Part shown: one piece after another, positions 22,401-31,229 of the stretch | How the letters are laid out: every line of letters begins with the position of its first letter | Position numbering within the stretch: position 1 is the stretch's first letter | Source of the DNA: Candidatus Saccharimonadota bacterium | GTDB taxonomy: Bacteria; Patescibacteriota; Gracilibacteria; Absconditabacterales; Absconditicoccaceae | Length of the DNA: 32,000 nt | Direction of reading: 5' to 3' | Assembly (NCBI GenBank): GCA_965231145.1 | Contig: OZ246420.1 | Span: 90,001-122,000, forward strand | Position numbers and translations under genes: made by a program | The notes under the pieces: model-generated | What the model was told of the DNA's origin: nothing | Seen by the model: the letters and a program-made list of their open reading frames with translations, nothing else | The model's database searches: none

Positions 22401-25111
22401 GCAGGAGCTATTGTATTTTTCAGAGCATCATTACCATCTGAGTTGATATAGACAAGCTCATAACCACTTGCCTGATATCATGGGACAGATCCCATAGAAG
22501 GATTGTCTTGTTTCGTGATATAATTTTTCGTCACGTTGGCTATTTTCTTGTTAACGTCAAATGAGTGTTCGTTGTTCTTCAGATCGGTAAGAAGATCTGT
22601 TGAAGATGGTTTTTCAGATCGTCCAAGATTTTGCCAATAAAGTACATCAGCGATCGCTTTGATCGTCTCTTCACCGAGGGCGGTTATGAAAAAGTCTTCA
22701 GGAAGAAGAGCGTATGAGCGACTCTTAGGTGTCGCGTATGGATTGACTACAGCCAGTTTGTCAAATGCGATGCTCTTTGGCGCATAGTGTGTCGCAGCTG
22801 CGCTATTTTCTGTTGAGAGAGTTACATTTATAGCACTTACTTTCTGCTTGAGATATGCCTTTATACTCTCTGTTATCTCCTGAGGTGATTGGAGGGTTAG
22901 TTTTTCTCATTGTTTCTTATAGACAGAAACATTGTAGATATTTGGATAGTCAAATTTTACTGTACCACCACCTATACCTTTAAATGCAACAAACCTTGCG
23001 CTATCGATAGGTCTGTCAGCAGTAAGAGGACTCATGCCTTTCACTTCTTCAGGTGTCGGTGATGAGTGCGACTCAAGAGTGTCTATTGTTTTGTACACAT
23101 AATTCTCACCACACTCATGCGTACTTGTGTTGGTGTTTGTATTTGTCACAAAAATATGATCATTGTAATCAGCAGTTGCGACCTTAGAGAAATATTCAAC
23201 TTCTATAGGGGCCTTGATCGGATGACCATTGTATCGATTTTCATTGACCTCTCCTGGAGGTACTATTTCTCAACATATTACTCGTGGGGCAATGCGAAAC
23301 TGTTGTGTTCTATGTAGGAGTGAGTTATTGAGTTCATCAAGAAAGAAAATATCTGTATTCATTTTTTTAAGAGTGAGCTTTGATCCCGCTATGTCGTAGA
23401 CGGGTCATCCAATGGTTGTATCAAAGCGCGGATTCCATGCCATCTTTGGATCGTTTTGCTTGAGCTGGAGCGTGTTCCCATCTACATTGAGAGGAGTCAT
23501 GCCTCCTCGGTATTTGTTTACAAAATCATCAAGTGTTTGTCTGTCGTTACACTTTCTTGCATTGTAGAGTTCGATATCTTTAGATATAAGTTCGATATTA
23601 TAACCTCTAGAGCTTTCTACCTGTCTTGAAGAGATACCATATGAAGCACCTATGGATCTTGCTGTATAGTCCAATGGTATATCGTCCTGCTGACCTTGAG
23701 TAGCATAATTATATGATGTCAGGTTTTGTCGACTTCATATGTTTTTCCATGTACCACGATAGATAGAGATGTCATTGGTAGATGTTACATCAAAAGCACT
23801 CTTTCCAAAATAGAAATTTTCATATCTTCCCACGAGTTTCTTTGGTACAAAATCCGGTGGTAAAACTGGTGGTACAGGAACACACTCATACTCTTCGTAG
23901 ATTAGTGGAATAGGAATATGAAGAGCATAGTTACCTGTTTGTAGTTTTTCGTAGAGAGCCTTTTCAAGTACGCTATTTGCATCGAACAGCGCCGTGCTTG
24001 TTAAGGTGTCTTTCACCACAGTTTTTTTGATATGACTATCAACGTTGGCGGCGTTCCATCTTCCACCTGCAATAATGTTTTGATCGATGTTTGTAAGATA
24101 CTCGGGTGCGAAGAGAGAAGTATATGGCTGTACGAGAGAAAGCAACGCTGTTCACATCATAAGGGTTGGTATCTTTGCGGTCTCGTTTCCTAATTTCTCA
24201 AGCGTTTCAGCGCTATCCGCGGCGATAGCTGTTAATCACTTTTTCCATTTGTCTATTTCTGCTTTATAAGTACTTCATTCAGTTGATAACTGTGAGTAGG
24301 ATTCTTCATTTGGAGAAAGCTTTTGAGCGTCATCACCTATAAGCGATAGGGCGTTATTATTTGCAGCGTCTTTGAAGTAGTCGAATATAAGATTTGTATA
24401 CCTGTGATAAGTGATGTCTTCGTGAAAAAGAAAGTTGTTAATATAACCAGAGAGAAACTGATCAGCAAAATATTTTTTTAATCCAATAAAATCATCGTAC
24501 CGTATTTTGGTAGATGTGTAATTTATTGGATTTTGTTTGTAGTTTCTCAGCTTGTCGAAAAACTTAGTGTATTGATCATCCTGATCTTCAAAGTTGATCA
24601 TGCTTTGCCATATATCTGCCTTGTGATCGCCATCGTCCTCAGTAACAAAATAGGTAGAAGCTGGATCGTATACATAACTAGGTTTCTCAAGGTCTGTATA
24701 TGGGTATATGCTTGGATAGATATAGCTATTTTCACGTATAACCGGCAATGGGATATCTCCTATGAGGATAGTTCCTATAAGAGAAGAAGGGTTTTTTTGG
24801 TTTCCTTCTTGGTAAAGATTTTCTAATATCTTCCATATGTCATAGGCCTGAAAATTGTTTTTATCGATAGGCAAGAGGATGGCTTTTGTATTGTTACTTT
24901 GCGACTGGAGATATTCCTGAGCATACCAATTTATGTTTTCTTTATGCTTATCGTAAATGTTCTTCTCTACGAATACGGCAATGATATTTTCGTGTATTTC
25001 TTCTGCAGCATATACGTTGCTAGAAAAGCCAAAAATCCACTGTGTGAACGAGTGGGAAAAGAAGTACACGCAAAGCAATATACCTATGGCTGTTTTTGTT
25101 TTCAACGACAT
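13430..25111 (-). CDS. Giant secreted/anchored multidomain surface protein, 3,893 aa, with FG-GAP/integrin-like and Ig-like repeats and Pro-rich and Gly-rich linkers
   Basis: Sixteen listed minus-strand ORFs from 14681..14893 to 24275..25132 all lie in the same frame. I translated every gap between them and the whole of 13430..14681. There are 45 in-frame TGA and no TAA/TAG until TAG 13430..13432. ATG 25109..25111 gives MSLKTKTAIGILLCVYFFSHSFTQWIFGFSSNVYA|AEE. An in-frame TAG lies upstream at 25145..25147. Confidence 0.85.
19270..19800 (-). other. FG-GAP/VCBS-like (integrin alpha beta-propeller type) repeats inside the giant protein
   Basis: Three Ca-binding-type loops occur: DVDKDGQKD (19655..19681), GDANGDSYED (19505..19534) and HDMDGDNKVD (19337..19363). 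They are spaced ~50-57 aa apart. Each is followed by a hydrophobic strand and then an N-x-G turn (ILKNKGG, VYKNNG-G, KIFYGG). Confidence 0.6.
20702..21730 (-). other. Tandem bacterial Ig-like (Big_1/invasin-type) repeats inside the giant protein (tentative)
   Basis: The repeats read ...PFSVM-G-YDAY-G-NAVEQSTNTFRLSSSQGKI... and ...GQVFAYDRWNNPIDAPVSINLHTIGGIKINGSSSGQVTTATNGSAPFTLSSEKAAGTQYIYATLA. They follow the pattern V-x-a-x-D-x-y-G-N-P-v ... T-d-x-n-G-x-A ... G ... v-x-A typical of these domains. Confidence 0.5.
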
Positions 25112-25224
25112 GGCGAACACCCTGATAATCAATAAGATAACCGGCTATTTATTCTTTCTATGCAAATATAAATTGATTGCAAGATCTTGCGAAGCCAATA
25201 CCATTTAAATGATATATAATATAT

Positions 25225-25254
25225 AAAAAAGTCTCCTTATAGAGAGGAGACTTT
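25225..25254 (-). terminator. Rho-independent terminator of gene 25276..26961, separating it from the giant-protein operon
   Basis: The minus-strand RNA reads aaaGUCUCC-ucucuauaa-GGAGACuuu, followed by more U (plus-strand a-run 25225..25230). The GC core is 6 bp and extends to 9 bp with A:U pairs. It lies 22 nt downstream of TAA 25276..25278. Confidence 0.8.
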
Positions 25255-25275
25255 CTTGAAAAGAAAATAAGTGTT

Positions 25276-26961
25276 TTATATGCCGTTGATAGAGAAGAAG
25301 TTTTCCATGTCTGTCATGTAGTCGTCATAGAGACCCTGAAGTGTTTGATCTTCTGGAGATAATCTCAGTGCGTTTCTTGTGTCAAGGAATGGGATGTATA
25401 TATCACTACAAAACTCTTTCACGTCGTCGAGGTTTATGCCCATGCTTCTTCCTTGTACACACATATAGTAAGCAATACCTTGTGTTGTAGTTTCATCATC
25501 GCTATCTCTATTGTTCTCAAGAATATCAAGTCTTGCAGAAAGATCAGCTATAGTGTCTCTATTTGCGATGTACTGATCGTACATATCTTGAATAGTATCA
25601 ATGTCAGCGTAGTCGAGTCTGAGATCTTCTACTGTGTCATTGAGAGCTTTCACTGCTTCGATCACGAGAGCCATGATGTTAGGATACTGTACAGACTTCT
25701 TTCCATCCGGTTGCGTCTTTACGAGCTGTGGAAATACTGCTTCTACTTCCTGCGCGAGAAGACCTACATCATGTCTTCCGTTTGCTATCCAGTCGAACGT
25801 ATATCCATTGAGATCCATAATTTTATCTAGGGGATTTGTGATCTTTACGATATTTTCTTTCAGGGTCTCATCAGAGATGATATATACTGAGTCTGTGAGG
25901 ATGTCTCCTTCTACATGAAGCGTTGCTCCTGGAGTTGAGGTTCCGATACCAACATCTCCACCGCTATAATATATCACGCCAGCTCATCCATCTCTCCAGT
26001 AACCACTAGCTGTTACTGATGATGGCATAACGACCAGGTTACCCAATGCGTCAACTCCAAGATTTCTTACTCACAATCCACCGTATGAACTGAAACGAAC
26101 CTTACCCACAACGTCAAGCGCTCCTTCCGGAGTATAGTTGTTGATACCTACGCGAGTACCTGTTACAAAGAATGCAGTCGCTGCAGCTGGAGTAGTACTA
26201 CCATCTGGATAGAGTATCTCACCACTTGTATCTACTCTGAAAGGTCCTTTTACGTGAAGTTTGGCAAGAGGAGTATCAAGACCTACTCCAACATTTCCAT
26301 CATTATCAGGATAGAAAGTTCCATAGTATATATCATAAGGATTTCAAGGAGAAACGTGCCATAAAGATGCTCCAGATGCGCTAAATGAACCGCCTCCTGA
26401 AAACGCATCTCCACATATAATCGCTCCTGTAGAAGTCCATCCCATAAGCACGCCTGACACACCACAACTTCCTGCTGAAATAATAGGCACGCATGTAGGT
26501 ACTCCTGAAGCTACACCCACAAGTACTTCACCGGCAGGACAGCTTACTGTTGTCGTACCACCTCCTGAACCCGCACCTCCTGTGAGGACGAACGAGAGCA
26601 TTTCAGTTGTGATAGAACCTGGTGCAATGTCTCCGCTTCCGATAAGTCCTCTCGTGATATACCCAAGAGAGTTAAGTCTTAGTACTCCTTCCGTTGGGCC
26701 ACCTAAAGAGCCGCTGTCCACCCAGATACCACCTGTACCAAGTACGATTTTAGTTGATCCTGATGGAGATCCATCTGTAGTGATGCGAAGTTCTCTGAAC
26801 GTACCAATAACATTGTTAATGGCGCTTTCGATAGCAAGATCGGCGTGAGTAAATGAAAGAGACAGTCACGCAAGTCCTATAAGAGCACACACCATAGTTA
26901 TTCCCTTTAGCAGAGGATGCTTTGGCATATGCTTTGTAAGATCTGTTTTGTTGTATAGCAT
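25276..26961 (-). CDS. Secreted tail-fibre-like protein with C-terminal peptidase-S74 intramolecular chaperone domain, 561 aa
   Basis: ORFs 26344..26721 and 25276..25977 share a frame, with in-frame TGA at 26866, 26344, 26071 and 25984. The stop is TAA 25276..25278. The start is ATG 26959..26961, or ATG 26926..26928 which gives MPKHPLLKGITMVCALIGLA-G-LSLSFTHA|DLA. The unit (N/D/R)VG(V/I)G-x(2)-TP-x(3)-LHV-x-G is repeated. The protein then reads ISDETLKENIVKITNPLDKIMDLNGYTFDWIANGRHDVGLLAQEVEAVFPQLV...VQYPNIMALVIEAVKALN. Confidence 0.85.
25620..25875 (-). other. Peptidase_S74-type intramolecular chaperone (auto-cleaving) domain of gene 25276..26961
   Basis: The signature S-D-x-x-L-K-E-N-I ... 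G-Y-x-F-x-W ... G-(L/V)-x-A-Q-E-V-E ... P-x-L-V ... Y-x-x-(I/L) ... A-(V/I)-K-x-L is known from phage tail-fibre and endosialidase C-terminal chaperones. The candidate cleavage Ser codon is 25873..25875. Confidence 0.7.
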
Positions 26962-27012
26962 GATGTAGAGAATATATTAATAAAGAAGTTTAATTATGTT
27001 GATTAATCTTTC

Positions 27013-30000
27013 TTATCTAGGTATGGATATGCCGTTGTCTCTGAAGAAGGTTTGAAGATTTATCAAAGCTAGATTATAAGCGCCTTCTAAATCTCTATTT
27101 TTTGGAGCACTCTCATGATTTTCCTTTGCTGTTTGGTAGGTTGGATAGATGGTGTTACATAGATTGTCGATATTTTGTGGATTGAGGCCATGTTCATCTG
27201 TTCCATTACATATTTCTTCTGAGAGAAGTTCAATCGCTGATTTTTTGCTTGTTGGTTGCTTAGGATTTCTTGCGTCCCATGCTTCTCCATTTTCGAGGGA
27301 GGCGATACGCAGTTCAAGTATCGCTATCTGATCTTGCTGTGCTTCCAGTCTTGCTGCTCATGCATTCATCATCTTTGCATCGAGTTCTTTAAGTGCAGAG
27401 ATAATCCCCGCAAGCAGATTTGGATATTCAACAGCGCGTATGGTTGTATCGCCTTGTCACTGCTGTCATTGTTGTTGTCACTGCTGGGTTTGTCATAAAC
27501 CACCTTGTGCTGGTGATGAAGGAGTTCATCCTATATCTCTGCTGCTTACCGTAAATGATCTTACGGCGCTTGGATAGATAGAGGCAATTTCTTGAGCTAC
27601 AAGTCCTACATCATCTCTTTGAGAACGAATCCATTTAAATGTATATCCTGTCAATGATAGTATATTGCTAAGGCCATTGGATATCTTGTTGATATTTTTT
27701 TTCACATTTCGATCTGATACTATATATGTCGCATCCGTAAGGATATCTCCATTGACATGAAGAGTAGCACCAGGAGTATCAGTCCCAATACCTACAGATC
27801 ATCCGCTGTATGAGAGTATGCTATTTCAAGCGTATAGATTTTCATCCCATTGTTCTCAGAGTACTGACATAGAAGATCATGTCGTGAGAAGTTCTCCCCA
27901 AGAATTAGCTCCTAAATATGAATATCCTGGTGTCAATACCGAGCGGAATAATATGTTACCTACAACATGAAATGCAGTGTAAGGTGTTTCGGTATTTATA
28001 CCAACCCTAGATCATATCACAAAAATATTAGCTCAGTTATAAGGGATCGTTGTTGCTCCGATAACTCATGCGCCACCACCTGGAGGAGTAAGGGCGGCAT
28101 TTGGAGCGCTTGCTCCTGTGAAAGGAATGTAAGTTGGCATTTGAATACCAAACGAATGATATAGCGTTGTTCCTCCTGAGTCAAATGTATCATGACAAAG
28201 TGATGTGCCCGAAGGTGTGATTTCTATAGTCATGTCTACAGCTGGTTGAACAGCAGGAGCGTCGTATGGAGGATAGAGTATGCTTACGCCCAATAATTCG
28301 TTTGCCTGTGTTGTAGGATGAACGATGGAGCAATCTTCTGTCATAGGGTCTAGGTCGCAAGAACAATTTACAGAACTTATGCTTGTAGACGTTTGTATAA
28401 CAGGGCTTGTAAGTGCGCGAAGGTATCATATGAGTGTTCAGCTAGCAGGTGACTGATATGCATCATAGTATGGAACGCCCCCCAGTAGATAATTATCGTA
28501 ACATGTTCGTATAGACGTGCTAAGCATTGCTCCCGTTGGTTGATATGCATCTACGATCGTTCCGCTTCCGGCTCAACAGTTTTGAGTGGTTATGTCGACA
28601 TCGCAATCACATCTTGGAGTGTTTGGTATTCAGCTTGGATTTGATATGGTTCTTGAAAAATTGTACGTATATCATAAAAACCCACCAGCAGTATCAGAGT
28701 ATTGATATGGTGCTTGTATTAATCCATTATTGTCTACTCTAAATGTAGCAGCTGTGCTGAATCCTGTTCCTCCTGTTCCAGAAACTCATCCTGTAGTGAG
28801 GATAGTTCCATATCTTCTAAAGAAGTGTCCAGGAAAGTATTCCATGTCTGTATATGCCAATCAGCTTATACCTACATCCATACACATCGGTCCATCGTCA
28901 CCATTTGTGAAGCCATATCCACAATCAAAAGAGTCTGGATCCAAATCACATGCACATCTCGGAAGAAGTTGTCCAACCGGAGGATAAATAGGAGCTCCAG
29001 ATCCTGTATATTCTCCACGAATAATGTTTGGCACAGGACTATACGTAAGTGTTCCTCCTACTGGAGATCAGCTACCAGTATGATATGTTACCGTAAGTCT
29101 ATGCTCTACAGAAGTGTTGGTTGTTATGTTGAAATCAAAACAAGCGTTTAGTCCTGGATGAATCCATATTGCCGGAGATCACTGTATTGTTGTGGATGGA
29201 CTTGAACATGCAGCATCTGTTGCATACATGTTTGTGTCACATGGGCAGCGGAAACCAGCTGCGAGCCCCTCTACAAAACCGTACTCATACTCGAGACTGG
29301 TAGCGCCTCAAGTACTTCCTTCACATACCATGCCAAGATCAAATTCCATTCATCCGTACCACTGAGATAGATACTCAATACCCCCAGACGTGAATGATTC
29401 AGTACACTGCGAATCTCCTTCGTTATCATTTGTGGCAATGTATTCCATAGGATACGAAGGGTATGGTCCTGTTCCACCAGCATAACGAAGACATTTTCCG
29501 GGAGTTGTTGGATCTTCTGTTTCACATGCACACATTGGCAATCCTGCTGAAACAACGCTCGTATAACCAGGACTTCACATAGGGTATTCTCCTGCGAGTT
29601 GCACGAAAGCGTAGCCAGTTGACGGAACCAGATTACAAGCACACGAACTATTTGTCACTGTTTTATGAACATATTGTAATCCTTCTGATCGGTGTTCAAG
29701 TTGTACTACTCATCATGACATATAGAGTTGTACACACTGTTCTCCATAAAAGCTCCCCGTCATCTGGGCATTGAGGAAAATTGATCATGTAGCAAAAACA
29801 AGACACTTCCCCGGATACGCCGGATCAGGATTGAAACAATTACAAGGCGTCATAGATGCAAAATCCGAAAAATATGGAGAGCTTGGTGTTATAGGAGCAT
29901 CCCCAAGAGTGTAGACATATCAGTGGACAGTTGTTGACACACTACTTCATGACCCTGCTTCACAGAGAGTTGTGTTGGAAGGATAAGAAACATGAAGCTT

Positions 30001-30762
30001 TGTAAGTGGAGTGTCGCGCCCTACCGCAACTCCCTCGAAACATGAGTCTCCGTCAAATCACATCCCTGGCGTATAACTTTGACCAAGTCATCCCATCCCT
30101 TGTTGCGTAGGGTCTTCACATCCTTCGATTTTGCTGTAGTAGATATCGAAAGGAGTAATAGACGAAATTGTTCGTAATTCTCCAGAACCCGCGCTAAATG
30201 AACCACCTGTTCCACTACAATCAGGAAGTCCAAGACTGATCCATCATACAAATGTGGTTCAAGGAGTACACATGGGACTTGGTAGTATGCTTACAAGCGG
30301 AGCTGGTGTACAGATCGCTGTTCATCAAGAAAATCACGCTATCGCTTCTCCTGCAGGACATGAACCATCGCTAAATCAACCAACTCCGCCTCAGAGAGAA
30401 TATGATAAAATGTCAAATGCAAACATCTCTGTCGTGAGGCTTCACGAGGCAATGCGAGATCCATCTATCGTATCTGTACGAGAAAAACGTCCGTCCGGAG
30501 CGATGAGAATGTCTTCTGTGCCTACAGCGTCAGGAAGCTTTATAAGATGGTCATTCGTTCCTGAAAACTCTACGAGAGCACTGCTTGATGCGTCTCCATC
30601 TGTAGTGATAAGGAGTTTTTGAAAATAGGGAATATCCCTCAGGATGCTTGTATCAAGAGTAAGAGCACTTACGCTTTCTGAAATAAGAGCTGCCGCTCAG
30701 AGGCTAAGAGCTAGCGTGACAAGCCGCTTTTTGTTTCACTGCTTTTGTTCCATAACGAACAT
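27013..30762 (-). CDS. Secreted tail-fibre-like protein with ~6 Cys-motif modules and a C-terminal peptidase-S74 chaperone domain, ~1,249 aa; paralog of 25276..26961
   Basis: I translated the frame codon by codon from 30786 to 27013. It contains 42 in-frame TGA and no TAA/TAG between TAA 30784..30786 (upstream bound) and TAA 27013..27015. Starting at ATG 30760..30762 or 30751..30753 gives MEQKQ-G-NKKRLVTLALSL-G-AAALISESVSA, a signal peptide. It shares SLTTEM, CPAGE and VGIGTDTPGATLHVNGDILTD with the paralog. It also has SDRNVKKNI...GYTFKWI...VGLVAQEI...VEYPNLLAGIISALKEL and a similar C-terminal end (FFRDNGI versus FFSINGI). Confidence 0.8.
27370..27717 (-). other. Peptidase_S74-type chaperone domain of gene 27013..30762, interrupted by a Gln/Gly insert
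   Basis: The signature matches that at 25620..25875. An extra segment, SSRDIG-G-TPSSPAQGGL-G-QTQQ-G-QQQ-G-QQ-G-QGD, lies between the AQE and YPN blocks. Confidence 0.65.
28330..29844 (-). repeat. Six protein-level modules (~80-115 aa period), each carrying a C-x-C-(D/E/F)-x-(D/N/E)-(P)-x(4-9)-C motif
   Basis: The six motifs are TPCNCFNPDPAYPGKC (29803..29844), PMCACETEDPTTPGKC (29491..29532), FRCPCDTNMYATDAAC (29206..29247), PRCACDLDPDSFDC (28921..28956), PRCDCDVDITTQNC (28576..28611) and VNCSCDLDPMTEDC (28330..28365). Confidence 0.7.
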
Positions 30763-31056
30763 TGATTCAATGGATAAAACAAATTACTTTATGCTATGTA
30801 ATGCTGCTTTCATACAAAATTGCTACTGAAAATATATAGCAAGTGTGAAATTGAGTAACCAAAAAACAGAAAATATTATATAACCATACGCGCAGAGAGC
30901 GAGTGCTTCTCTAGCCATAGTTCAATCGCTATTTTGTTTTTTAAGATAAAATAGAATAAAAATTGATTGTTTGATAACTCTTTTTTGTCGCAGTAATACT
31001 GTTTTTTCTTGATTATTTAGTGATGTATTTTATAACGGTATGATTATATATTATAT

Positions 31057-31084
31057 TTGACTTATTTGTCGGATTGTATATAAT
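31057..31084 (+). promoter_or_regulatory. Sigma-70-like promoter candidate for the S8 protease gene
   Basis: TTGACT (31057..31062), a 16-nt spacer, then TATAAT (31079..31084). It lies ~145 nt upstream of ATG 31230 in an AT-rich divergent intergenic region. Promoter consensus in this lineage is not established. Confidence 0.35.
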
Positions 31085-31229
31085 ATAAAAGCGCGTTCCA
31101 TTTCGGTCGAATGCGTGGTTTCTTAACAGCTTACTCTTTCGTTCAAGGTTGCCGGCAAGCTTCCTTGGATAAATTTATGATAAAAAATTTTTCAAACAAA
31201 ACATTCAAAAAAACATTAAATTTGAGAAT

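Noticed and set aside
25179-25190. Perfect 12-bp palindrome gcaagatcttgc ~70 nt upstream of the giant-gene start, and the 13-bp palindrome attgcagtgcaat at 126..138. Both share a TTGCA half-site and could be operators.
   Set aside because: A 6-pair palindrome is expected several times by chance in 32 kb, and there are only two copies with different spacing. I noted them as weak candidates only.
27087-30622. Alternate-frame or antisense ORFs inside gene 27013..30762: minus-strand 27087..27317, 28190..28429, 29271..29642 and 30021..30251, and plus-strand 30254..30622.
   Set aside because: They are not in the frame that stays open (TGA only) for 1,250 codons and carries the paralog-conserved motifs. 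No independent starts, signals or motifs support them.
25276-30762. Prophage or tailocin interpretation of the two S74 tail-fibre-like genes.
   Set aside because: Both carry Sec-type signal peptides. No capsid, portal, terminase, baseplate, tape-measure or integrase genes and no att-like repeats are visible in the window. It cannot be excluded for sequence to the right of 32000.
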